Source of the DNA: Octopus vulgaris
Taxonomy: Eukaryota
Length of the DNA stretch: 64,000 bases
Direction: 5' to 3'
Assembly: GCA_951406725.2 (NCBI GenBank)
Contig: OX597820.1
Location: 66,898,001-66,962,000 of the forward strand
Shown: positions 11,898 to 25,236 of the stretch, one piece after another
How the letters are laid out: each line of letters starts with the position of its first letter
How positions within the stretch are numbered: the stretch's first letter is position 1
Program-made: the position numbers and the translations under genes
The notes under the pieces: model-generated
Databases searched by the model: none
The model's input: the letters and a program-made list of their open reading frames with translations, nothing else
Told to the model about the DNA's origin: nothing

Positions 11898-14578
11898 TTG
11901 TTCTAATTCTATTCCTGAACGCCATACTAATACATTTGTTTGTTTGCACTCCACCTGCCTTCGTCTTTTGTTTATTTTCGTAAACCTTCCCGTTATATAT
12001 ATATATCATCATCATCATCATCGTTTAACGTCCGTTTTCCGTGCTAGCACAGGTTGGTCAGTTCGACCGGGATCTGGGAAGTCAGGGGCTGCACCAGGCT
12101 CCAGTCAGATCTGGCAGTGTTTCTACAGCTGGATGCCCTTCCTAACGCCAACCACTCTGCAAGTGTAGTATATATATATATATATATATATATTAATAAA
12201 TGAAATAAAACATATGCATATATATAAACATATATGTACGTACCTACCTCTACATGTACATATACACGCATATATGAGTACAGGACACCAAAGGGACGTC
12301 GAACACAAAGAGAAACGAAAACATAGACACAAACCAAAGGAACAGGACATTTTTTTAAAAACAACAAAAAATGGAGTACAGGACAATTAACACAACGAAA
12401 AAACCCCTTCTTCAGTCGCTAAGGTTTCATCTACTCTACGTTTCGAAGGATTTTTCCTATTGATATGGCTAAAGTACCTACAAATCATAAAAAGAGACTC
12501 AATGTGCTTGACTGCAGAACAAATATTTTAATAATAGTAATAATGGTTTCAAATGTTGTCACATGGGCAGCAATTTGGGAGGTGGGGGATGAGTCGATTA
12601 CATAGTGTGTCGTGTATTTCCATGCAATCTTTTAGGCTCAAATATACAACATGGCTAGTCCTTTTTTTTTTTGGACTACAAGAGAGAGAGATATATAATG
12701 GACATTGGTCTTTGAGGAAACTCTATAATGAACAAGAGTAAAAGATGAAATGCAACAAATGAAATATAAAAAAAATTTAAGAGTTGCATCCCTTTGGTTT
12801 GCTCACATCAGAATAAATACAACTGGTGTAAATTAATTCAATGAAAAGTCCAAAGTTTGTGAGGCAGCTCCCTTAACCCGGAGACGGCAGTGTCCTCCAG
12901 TTCAACAAAAGAAATTTGTTTATATGCTTACACTTAACAAATATATATATAGTAGTAAAAAACAATTACTCTGTGAGATATTAATATAGTAAATTTCTTA
13001 TTGCATTAGTATATAATCTTCTGAGTTAACCGTGTATATTGTATATACCTTCGTGTTTTAAAAACATACCTTGTTTCTTCATCATCATCATCATTATCAC
13101 TGTCATCACTACCACCACCATCACCACTATCTCGTTTTCACAACACATATTTCAGTTCAATTCGATATCAAACTACTTATCTTAGCCATTTAAAAAAAAA
13201 TTCTTTGCATTTATTTCTCCCAATTTTTATTCTCCATTTTGACAGCTCTCTTTCCTGTCTTTTACCACTATCCGGCACCATCCAATATCCACCCAGCATA
13301 TCTACCTAGAACCTACCCACAATGCATATCTATCTATCTACCTACCTACCTACCACCACCTTCCACCGCTTTCCGTTTCTTCTGTTGTCGGTGAACTTTT
13401 TCTCAAAAATTTGTTTTAGTTACTTTTCCAGTAATATAGAATATGGGTGGGAAGCGGGTGAGAATGTGAGTGGTGTGTGTGTGTGTGTGTGTGTGTATAC
13501 ATATATTATGTTTGTGTGTGTATTATTGTATATATACATATATTTATACATGTGTGTGTGTATGTCTGTGTGCTGCGTGTGTGTATATACATATATTGTG
13601 TGTATGTGTGTATTATTGTATATATACATATATATATATATATATACAATGTGTGTGTGTATATGTCTGCGTGCTATGTGTGTGTGTATTTATGTCTGCG
13701 TGCTGTGTGTGTGTGTATATATATACAAACATTGTGTGCATGTGTGTATTATTGCATATGTGTGTGTGTGTGTGTGTAGTACATATATATATATATCACT
13801 GTGTGTATATGTATATAAATATATATCGCTGTAAGTATGTATATGTATGTGTGTGTGTGTATATATATATATATATTCGCAGTATATATATTATTGATAT
13901 ATATATATATATTATTGCATCATATATAGATTGCTGAATTTTTGTTTTAAGAATTATTATGTATCCTACAAGTAAATGTGTGTGTGTGTGTGTGTTTGTC
14001 TGTTAGCGTGTGTACGTGTACACACACACACACACACATCTGTGTGCACCAGAGTTTACCAAGTTTTTAGATAAACCAGAACTACTGCATCTCTGCAGTT
14101 ACTGCACTGCATCACCACTGCCAACGCCACCACTGCCACCACCATCACCGCCATCTCTTTTTAGTTTCTACAATGACCACCACCACCGCTACTACTACTA
14201 TTACTACTGCTCCTACCAACCCCCACCCCACCTACCTGATAGAAGCTCCTTTATTGCACATCATATCTATAAGGATGACTTGATGTGACAGGGGGGAAAA
14301 AATACTTTGGAATAAAAGTTACAAGAAATTTTCTCAGCCTGTTTTCATTTTTCTAATCTATCTACTTCATTGATGATGTTGTGGTTGTTGTTGTTGTCGT
14401 TGTTGTTGTTGTCGTTGTTGTTGTTGTTGTGTGATGTTGTTGAATCATGCTATATGATGTGGGATTGTTTTTGTTTTTTGGGGGGTTTTTCGTTGTTGTT
14501 TTTTGTTTTGTTTCTTTTTGTGTGTGTGTGTTTTAATCTTTACGTATATCTGTCAAGTTGCAGAAAGACCAGTTGATG

Positions 14579-14610
<32 letters not shown>

Positions 14611-14647
14611 CAGAGACACATGCACACATATATATACAGACACACTT

Positions 14648-14960
<313 letters not shown>

Positions 14961-15044
14961 CACACATTACAGATGTACATACACATAACTTAAATTATAA
15001 ATTCTGTTTATATGTGTGTATATATATGTGTATGTGTGTGTATG

Positions 15045-15075
<31 letters not shown>

Positions 15076-15168
15076 CCATATACATACATATATATAGATG
15101 TGTGTGTATATATATATACACACACACACACACACCCATATACATACATATATATAGATGTGTGTGTG

Positions 15169-15200
<32 letters not shown>

Positions 15201-16039
15201 TACACACGCTTGCACATATATATAAGTATGGGTGTGTGGGTGTCTGTGTGTGTAGATATATATACATATAGTCATCTTAACTTTAATCTATACACAATAT
15301 ACTGGTTAAGGGATTAAGGAGGTAGACCTACATAGAACGGTAGAGCATGAGAATTCTCTGGAGGAGATGGCAAAAGAGGAGATAAGTCTGTCGCACAACA
15401 GAATGGTATTGAGAATGGTGCTGATGTCCTTGTCATTTACTCAGCTAGTCAATCAATGTGTACAAGCTCTACTCTTTTGAGTGTATGCTTCTGTTAAAAT
15501 ATAATTCCTTTTGTTTCAGATAGTATTGAAAGTAAATGGAGAAGTTAATAAAATATTTTGTGTCGTTTATTAAAGCAGGTGTTTGGAACATATTTTAACG
15601 TGGAATTTAGATGGAAGATTTTAATTTAGATCACTCTTAAACAGGAAGCTTTCATCATAGAACCAAGATCTCGAGCAGGTTGATATCAAAAGGGTTAAGA
15701 CATATCTATATCTATCTATCTATTTATCTATTTATTTATCTATATATGTGTGTGTGTGTATGTGTGAAATAAAATGTGACAACAAAGCCAAGGTTGTGTG
15801 GAATTTTCAAGACATTTATAAAGAGTCTTACAGCTGTATACATGCTCATACAAGACTCGCATTAGACTCCTCACTTGTATCATTATCAAACCGAGAGTTT
15901 AACTATGCTTCTTACATTGCACTTACCTGCCACCTTGCACCAGATGCATCAGTCATTGATGTATGCACACAACAATGTATATATATATATATATGAAAGA
16001 AGGTTTGAAAATGCAAAGGTCTTTTAGAGATGTTTATTG

Positions 16040-16080
16040 ACTTGACTGGTTTCACTTTTTAGAAAAACATTGTCAAAAGT
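16040..16080 (-). ncRNA. Decayed hammerhead-like motif
   Basis: Minus strand: actt-tTGACaA-tgttttt(ct)aaaaagt-GAAA-ccag-TC-aagt. Confidence 0.4.
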
Positions 16081-16824
16081 AAAATGTAAAGCATGTATGT
16101 ATATATACAGGAGATATATTTAAGAATTTACAAAAAATTGGAGAGCAATAACTGACCTGTCTGTCTGACATTTTCTGTCTTGTGTGTGCATATGTATGTG
16201 TATATATTTATGTATATATGTATTTATGTATATATGTATGTGTGTATTTATATACACAAAAGAGTTCTGGTGTCACTTAGAAAAGTATCTAATCTAACTG
16301 TGAAAACTGTGCTGAAGCAGACAGCAGAGCACAGTGCAGTACACTGGCTCACCAGCTCCTATCAAACCGTCCAACCCATGCCAGCATGGAAAATTGATGT
16401 TAGATGATGACGACCTTGACGATATGCTGCTGAGCATTTTGGCTGCTGTGCCAATGATCCTGCTAGCTCACCACTTTACAATAATAACAATGGTTTCTAA
16501 TTCTGGCACAAGACCAGCAAGTTCGGTGGTGGAAGGGATGGGGGTGGGGCATGGGTGAGTCAATTACATCGACAACTCACCACCACCACCACCACCGGTC
16601 ATGAGTTGGTGTTCATTTCATCAACCCTGAAAGGACAAAAGGCAAAGTCGACCTCAGTGGAATTTGAACTCAGTACATAAAGACAGACAAAATACTACTA
16701 AGCATTTCTCCCACCGAGCTAACAGTTCTACCAGCTTGCCGCCTTAGTTAATAATGATAACAACAACAACAACATCGGCGACGATAATAATAATAATAAC
16801 AATAATAATAACAATAATAATAAC

Positions 16825-16870
<46 letters not shown>

Positions 16871-17711
16871 GTAATAACAATAATGATAAAGTGTTAATAA
16901 GTGTTGAACTTGGACATAAGATATGTCATGTTAGGATTTGAATTTCATTTTCTCATTAGAATTTAAACACCACAACCAACACAACAATAACAACTGCAGC
17001 ATCATCATCAACATTAACAACAACATTAATCACCACCTTCGCCATCTAAATAACAACAACAAGTAAAGAGAAGATTACAAGAATTCAAATTAAAATGTGG
17101 AATTGGGCCTTGACTTATTTCTACCGTTATTGTTTTTCTTATGTCAGCCTGTCTAGGTGCACCCCCGTTTACATAATGTCTCCCTTTCATCTATGTACCC
17201 TCTAGGAGCTTTGTCTTTGCCATAAAAGGATTTTTCTTTTGATTGCAGAAGGAAGAAAGCAAAATGTAATTTGTCTTTTAGACATTTTGTTTAAACAAGA
17301 AAAGATACAAATGGTGTTGTTGTTGTTGTTGTTGTTGCTTGTGGTGGTGGTGATGGTGATGGTGGTGCTGCTATTGTTGGTTGTGGTTGTGGTGGTGGTG
17401 GTGGTGGTAGTTGTGTTTCTGGTGGTATTGCTGGTTCACAGTTGTAGTTGTGATATTTGTGGTGGTGGTGGTGGTGCTGCTGCTGTTGTTGGTTGTGGTG
17501 GTGTTGCTGGAAATGTTTGCATTGCATAAGAAATGGCCGTGTTGTTAAGAAGCATTCTTCTTAACTCTGTGGTCTTGGGTTCAGTCCCACTATCATTTGT
17601 TGGACCTTACAAGTGCTTACAAGAATTGTCCATCCATGGCACTTTCCTCAATTAAAAAAAGAATTTGGACATTTTTGAGTTTTCAGAATTTTGGATAAAG
17701 GATAGCAACAG

Positions 17712-17780
<69 letters not shown>

Positions 17781-18195
17781 CCTCTCTCTTTCTCTCACAC
17801 AAATGCTTAGTTTCTCTAGGACTACATTACCTGATATGTCCTTCCTACAATCTTTTAGATAGGAGGTGAAAGAAAAAGAGAGAGAGAGAGAGTGAGATTT
17901 GGCTGCTATTTCTAGCCAGTTGAATTATGTTCCACTTACAGAAACCTCTACAAATGACCGCCCCCATCTTTATTGCTGTCAGACATAGTGTACCTAGGAC
18001 TATGTTACTCAATATGTTTTTTTCTATAATCTTTAAAACAGATGGGAGAAGAGAGAGAGAAAGAGAAAGATTTGGCTGCTATTTCTTGCCAGTTAAGCTA
18101 TGGAAGCCCTTACACATCAGGAAACTGTCTAGTGGTTCCTATGCATAGAACATAGTTTTCATCTACAGATTTACAAAATAAAATGAAACTAAGAA

Positions 18196-18461
18196 GAAAT
18201 GTATTTCTTCAATTCACAATGAAATTACTATTGAGATTTTAAAGAAAGGTTCTTAAGTTTAAATAAAAAATTTAAAAAAAAACAAAAATAGGAATTGTGC
18301 ACGCACACATACATACATTGTGTGTGCATGCAGTGCGTCTGGGTATGCAACTATGATTAGCATCAAGGAATTTCAGTAACGATTGGTGAAGTTTCAGTTA
18401 CCAGTATTGAGTACCCTCTTTACATCTTATTTACGCTTAAGTATTTTACACCTCTCATCTC

Positions 18462-18507
<46 letters not shown>

Positions 18508-18512
18508 GTGTG

Positions 18513-18565
<53 letters not shown>

Positions 18566-18827
18566 GAGATGAGAGGTGTAAAATACTTAAGCGTAAATAA
18601 GATGTAAAGAGGGTACTCAATACTGGTAACTGAAACTTCACCAATCGTTACTGAAATTCCTTGATGCCAATCATAGTTGCATACCCAGACGCACTGCATG
18701 CACACACAATGTATGTATGTGTGCGTGCACAATTCTTATTTTTTTATTTTAATTTTTTATTTAAACTTAAGAACCTTTCTTTAAAATCTCAATAGTAATT
18801 TCATTGTGAATTGAAGAAATACATTTC
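18196..18827. repeat. Near-perfect long inverted repeat (palindrome), arms ~310 bp
   Basis: 18196-~18506 is the reverse complement of ~18513-18827. The ORF track gives the same N-terminal peptide on both strands (18383+ and 18644-). Confidence 0.97.
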
Positions 18828-18841
18828 ATATATATATACAT

Positions 18842-18956
<115 letters not shown>

Positions 18957-21413
18957 TACATGCACATACATACAAACATGTGTGTATGTGTGTGTATATA
19001 CATGCATAGTGTAAACGTAAATAACTTTCTATGTTGTTAACTATTTTTTGTATCTTCTTATATAATCTATGTACGTTTGTATGTGTGTGTGTGTGTGTGT
19101 GTGTTATTACGTGTGTATATACATAAGTTTTTTACATGCATTCTCGTGCAAAATTAAGTTATCTCTGAGCAAGAAAAGACAAACACTTAAGTTCTGAAGA
19201 AATCGAATTACAATCCAAATCTGAAACGTTATCTTTACTCTTTGTATATATGCGTGTGTATATATAAATGTATGTGTATATATGTGTGGGTGGTAGAGGT
19301 ACAATGTGTATGTGTGTACAGGTATGCATTTGCATGCATTTTACACATGTGCACGCATTCACATGCTTCTGTTTGCTACTACTGTTACATCTTAGAACAT
19401 ATGACGTACAAAGTAATGGAAAATAATTATTAGCTAACACCCACTCTTTTGATATCACTTTAATGCAACCACTTGAGTTTGTTTGTCAACCAAACTGATA
19501 CAGATGTGTCTCTCAAATTGAGTAGACTCAGCTGTGTGCATGGCTAAAGTGTCCTTTCTCCAGGAGGGACACACTGGAATAAGTGCTGCTGATTTGAACT
19601 CAATCATCCTTCAGCTAGTAGTCAACTGTCTACTTTTAGTAAAATGGTTCTACATCTGTTTCGATGATGAGTATGCAGTTGATTGATCCTCTGGACTCCC
19701 CGTTCATTGAATTAGTAAGTGGAAGAACATTCCACTGACATTTAGGTCTTTATCTTTTTATCTTATATTTGTTTCAGTCATTGGATTGTGACCATACTGG
19801 GGCACTTCCTTGAAGGGTTTAGTCAAAGAAAGCAATTCCAGTATCTACTATTTGGTGCTTATTCCATCAGTGTCTTTAAACGAACCTTTAAATTATGAGG
19901 ATGCAAACAGCTCAACAGAGGTTGTCAGGCAATGAGAGACACAAACACAAAAGACACACTTATAGTTTCCATCTGTCAAATTCACTCCCGAGGCTGTCAA
20001 GCAGTGGATGGGTGGAAACAAACACAAAAACAAAGACAGGATCTTTCAGTTTCTCCCTACCACATCCACTTAGAAGGCTTTTGCTGGCTCAAGGCTTATA
20101 GTAGAAGATACTCACACAAAGTGCCACACAATGGGACTGAACCCGAAACCACATGGTTGCAAAGCAAGTTTCTCAATTGCACAGCCATGCTTACACCTTT
20201 ACACTACCATGCTGGCTTCTATATTGTGAAGTTGTATTTTTATTTCCAAATGCCCTACTTATAACTAATTAATTTCTATGCATTGTTTATTCCTTTCTAA
20301 TGTTAAATAAATTAAATTTAAGAAACAAAGCCATTTATAATATTCTTGCAAGGAATGACCTTGTGATAACCTGAACCTATATATTTGACATCCAGCCCTT
20401 ATTTGGGTGGGTGACATTTGGGTTGTGCTTAGGGCATTAGTTGACTTTAATGTGAATCCTATAAATACACACTCATTAGTCCCGAAACTAGCACTTTCAA
20501 GAATGCATATGCATATTCAGGAATGTATATAAGACAGGTTTCCAAACAGTTTCCATTTGTCTCATTCATTCACAGGCAATGGTCAGCCCAGGGCTATGGA
20601 GAAAAACACTTGCCCAAGATGCCATACTGCAGTCCCGCCCTGGGCTGGCTCTCCATCAGTTATGATGAAAAGGGTTCAAGTTGACCCAATCTATGGAACA
20701 ACTTGCTCATGTAGTTATCATGTAAGTGACTGAGTATGCCACAGAACACACCCTTAATGTAGTTTATGGGAAGATTCAGTATGACACTGAATGCAACAAG
20801 GTCGGCCCTTTGAATTAAAGGCACAATTCATTTTTGCCAACAGAGCAGATTGGAGCAACAAGAAATAAAATGTTTTACTCAAGGACAGAACACACTGCCA
20901 GGTATTGAACTCATGATATTACCGTCTTGAGCTGAATACCCTAACTGCTAAGCCACACACACACACACACACTGGAACTGAACGCACATGGTTGCGAAGC
21001 AAGCTTTTTTAAGCACTCACCCATGTCTATATATATGTATGTATAAAATACACATGCATACACATGAAAGTATGTAGAAGCTGAAAGAGTGTGGTAGATA
21101 TGCAACTTAGTAAAATTGTCTGTAAATTAATTCTTTAATCTGTCTTTATCTTCCATGTTCTGTTGACAAACTGCACACCCAAATGCAACATTAACTCAAT
21201 TTGCCCATCTTATTTTAATACCTGCTGCTGTATTTCGGGGATTCTTACTGATCCTCACCTGTAGGGAGATTTTCTTTTTCCTTTTCTTACATTTTTTTGG
21301 GGTTTTTTTGGGGTTTTTTTTTGGGTTTTTCTGACTCTACATGCATGTGTTTCTATCTACCTACCTATCAACATATGTATACATGTGTATATATATATGA
21401 ATGTGTGCGTGCG

Positions 21414-21480
<67 letters not shown>

Positions 21481-21498
21481 GTGTGTATATGTATGCAT

Positions 21499-21556
<58 letters not shown>

Positions 21557-22642
21557 GTGTATATGTATGCATATATATATATATATTTGTATGTATGTGT
21601 GTATATCTATGCATATATATATATATGTATGTATGTGTGTAAATGTATGCATATATATGTGTATGTGTATATATGTAGGTGTGTATGTATATATATGTAC
21701 ATATGTGTATATATGTGTATGTGTATATATGTGTGTGTGTGTATATATATATGTGTGCATGTATATATATATATATATCTATATGTGTATGTATATACAT
21801 ATGTTTATATATTTGTATATATATGTGGATGTGTGTGTAAGTATATATATATATATATATATATATAATGTATATATGTATGTATGTGTGTGTATATATG
21901 TATGTGTATATGTTCATGTGTGTATATATGTATGTACGTGTATGTATATATATGTACATGTGTGTATATATGTGTGTTATGAAGGTGTTGGTATGGATGT
22001 TTTACGATGTTTTGTTTCAGCACCATTTGTGCACACACATGCACACACACACACACGCACATGCATCCACAATCCTGTCTGTGTGTATGAATGTATGGGT
22101 GTATGGGTGTGCATAGGTAGCGAAATTGAATTAATTATCTTATTTTGCTGTGTTGCATGAGCAAAATGATTGCATTTCTATGGCGACTGGATATGTATCT
22201 GTTATTCAAATAGGCAATCATGTGTTTGTGTGATGGGTGGAGGGATAAGAGATAAGAAATATGAAATGAATAAAAGACAAATATATATATATAAATAAAT
22301 AAAACGAATATATATATATATATATATGCAGGTATGTCAAAAAAAAAAGGGACTGAGAGAGATAGGGTGTGAGATACAGAGAAAGAGTAAGAGCTAGGTT
22401 TCAAATTGTGCTTCTTCCTTTTTATCTTATATTTCCATAAACTTCGCTATTTAATACAGGTAGAATGTTGGTTTTCTGGAACCTTTTATTCCAAAGTCTT
22501 TCCAGATTACTGATTTTTCTGAAAGTAGGGGTGGTCACCTTGGTCATTACAATTTGAATTAAACAAATTTTAGATTTGCTTACTCAAATCAGTGATCCTC
22601 AGCTATTTTTTTAAAAAACAAGTTCACTCTGCTAGTTTTGCT

Positions 22643-22897
22643 GTCCTGTACCCATATATGCATGTATATATGCGTATATATGTAGGTATGTACATATATG
22701 TATGTATATGTGCATATATTTATATTATATATTATTTATATTATCATGTGATCAAACACCATCCATCCTTTCCCAAGATATATATATATACATAATAATA
22801 ATAATATAAATAATATATAAATATATGCATATATACATACATATATGTACATACCTACATATATATGTATATATACATGCATATATGAGTACAGGAC
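22643..22897. repeat. Imperfect inverted repeat formed by two opposed pieces of an interspersed repeat
   Basis: gtcctgtacccatatatgcatgta...gtaggtatgtacatatatg versus catatatgtacatacctac...tacatgcatatatgagtacaggac. The same family occurs at 12190-12450 and 46960-47270. Confidence 0.8.
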
Positions 22898-23345
22898 CTC
22901 AAAAAAACATTGAACACAATGAGAAACGAAAACATAAAAACAAAAACATGGAAAACGATCTTTTTTTTCAAACAACAAAAAAAACAAACAGAGAAACAAG
23001 ACATGCAACATAAAGAATATCCCCCTTCGTCAGTTGTCTCTGTTTCATCTACTCCTCGTTTCAAAGGCAAGGACAATACGCGACTTTGTTGAAACAGTCC
23101 TTCCCGCAAAGCAAATTAAATAAAATTTGGGATTTTTTGCGGAGGGTGAAAGTGGTAACAAGAACAGGACAGTGAGAACAAGACAGTAAAAACAAGCAGT
23201 GGGGGCTGTTAAGTCAAGATGATAGAAAAATTACGAACGCTAGGAAGACAAGCGTAAGAAGAGGAGACAGGTATAAGTCAGTGTTGTCTTTATGAAGAAA
23301 ATGGGCTGAAAGTTAGGTTCCCTTTCATCATGTGTCAGCGACGAG

Positions 23346-23394
<49 letters not shown>

Positions 23395-23625
23395 CAGTTT
23401 GCCAGCTCTTATGAAGATGGTGCGACTGTTAATAATGCTATTGTTCTCAGGTTCTGTGACCATTCCATTAGGATTACATTATCCATTTTGTCCCTCCGTT
23501 TTTAAGACGTAAGGCTGCTATTTCTAGCATCTTGGGCGACCATGTAGGGGCTTTCATCCTGTTTGCATTGTTATAATAATAGAAGCTCAATAAACAACAG
23601 CAATAACTTCTCCTTCAGAAGTTCC

Positions 23626-23797
23626 ATTTCTGTTCACCCCTTCCCCCTCTCCCTTTCTCTCTCCTCCCACTGTATCTCTGCATACACAGGCAATCCTGCT
23701 AAACCCATCATCAAAATACTTACAGAGATCCACACTGCCAGTACCAGACCCATACCCCCTACCCTACCCATTTCGCTAAGGTGTGGTGATCATGGAA
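23626..23797 (+). repeat. Source arm of a 172-bp inverted duplication (partner 25443-25614)
   Basis: Reverse complement of 25443-25614 with 3 substitutions by eye. Confidence 0.95.
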
Positions 23798-24139
23798 TGA
23801 TGGACAGATGAGGAAAGATAAGGAAAGGAGTTTTGGATTGGAGTGGGGATGAGGAGTGAGGTGAGGTGGTGTGATGTGGATGCCACCGGAAGAGAAACCA
23901 TTTATTCCGTTATTGATGGTTATTGCAGTGTCCAGCCGTGGCAATTTCATTACACCCTTCCTTTATGGATATTCCGCAGCCAGATGTGTGCGTGGGTGTG
24001 AGGAGTGGGTGGGTGTGTACATACTTATATATTATATACTTATATATACATATATAATTACACACATATATACCCATAAATACATACATATACATAAGTA
24101 TACATACATATATATACCTGAACATACATACATGTACTT

Positions 24140-24346
24140 ATTGGAGCACTCCGTCGGTTACAACAACGAGGGTCCCAGTTGATACGATCAATGGAACATG
24201 TAAGTGGCTGAGCACTCCACAGACACATGTACCCTTGGCATAGTCTCAGGGAGTTTCAGCGTGATACAGAGTGCAGCAAGGCTGACCCTTTGAAATACAG
24301 GTACTACTCATTTTTGCCAGCTGAGTGGACTGGAGCAACATGAAAT
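24140..24346 (-). mobile_element. SINE family 4 fragment
   Basis: gagcactccgtcggttacaac...ctgagtggactggagcaacatgaaat. Related copies at ~20645-20960, ~700-850 and 62830-63155(+). Confidence 0.65.
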
Positions 24347-25236
24347 ATATATACACATACATATCCTTGTTGCTTATTTTGAGTTTACATACACATACTT
24401 ACCTTGTGGTGAACTATGCCTGCAGTGAATTGACGGCGGTGAACTTACCTGTAATCAGTAGTAACACCTTTTTAATGTTTCTTTTCCATTTTGTGTTTCC
24501 TTTTTTTTCTTTGTTCACCTTCTTGTAGTTGATGATGATGATGATGGTTGTAATGGCAGCAGCCACAACAGTATTTCCAGCTAATAATGTTGTTTCTACT
24601 GTTGCTTAGCCCCAGGTAGGCTTATAATCAAAAGCTTTCCATCCATGACTATCCTGTGTTTTCCTCTACCCAGGCCAGGAACTCAGGCCTACATCATTTT
24701 TTTTCTTTTAAGGAAGCATGTTGTGATTTGAAGGAGATTTGGCTACTGTTTCTAACAGGTCAAACTCATTGGTTTTTAAAGCTTAGTAACATCCAGTACC
24801 TATGATTCCTAAATGGTCAGCCATCTAAGCAGTAAATAGGCTCCACATGACTTGCTTAGCTTTGGTGATCTTTTATCTGTTTCCGTCTTTATATTTGACT
24901 TGGACTATGGCCATGCTGGAGCACTGTCGTGAAAGTTTTAGTCAAACAAATTGATGCCAGTACTTTTTTTAAGTCTGGTACTTGTCTCTGCCAACCACTT
25001 TTGCCAAACCACTAAATTATGAGGACATAAATTAGGGGGCCCACATGATCCTTGGAGATCACATGATCCTTGGAGGCCCATATAAGACTTTGTTGTTAAA
25101 CTTTATGAGCAATAAATTCATTATTCTTCTACAATACATAAAATATTTTTTTTACACAATTTCTGGTGTTGGTTCATTTACATCCCCATAACTTTGCAAT
25201 TTAGCAACAAAGATACCAATATTATCAGTTTTTTTT

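Noticed and set aside
18383-18644. Twin ORFs MVKFQLPVLSTLFTSY... on both strands
   Set aside because: A consequence of the palindrome; TTG start and the frame runs through a microsatellite.
21297-22160. Long ORFs rich in Y/I/C/V/M or H/T (also 1932-2495, 3088-3504, 13322-15317, 30729-31613, 46226-46777, 48930-49790)
   Set aside because: These are translations of (TA)/(TG)/(GATA)/purine-rich simple repeats that lack stop codons, with no domain signal.
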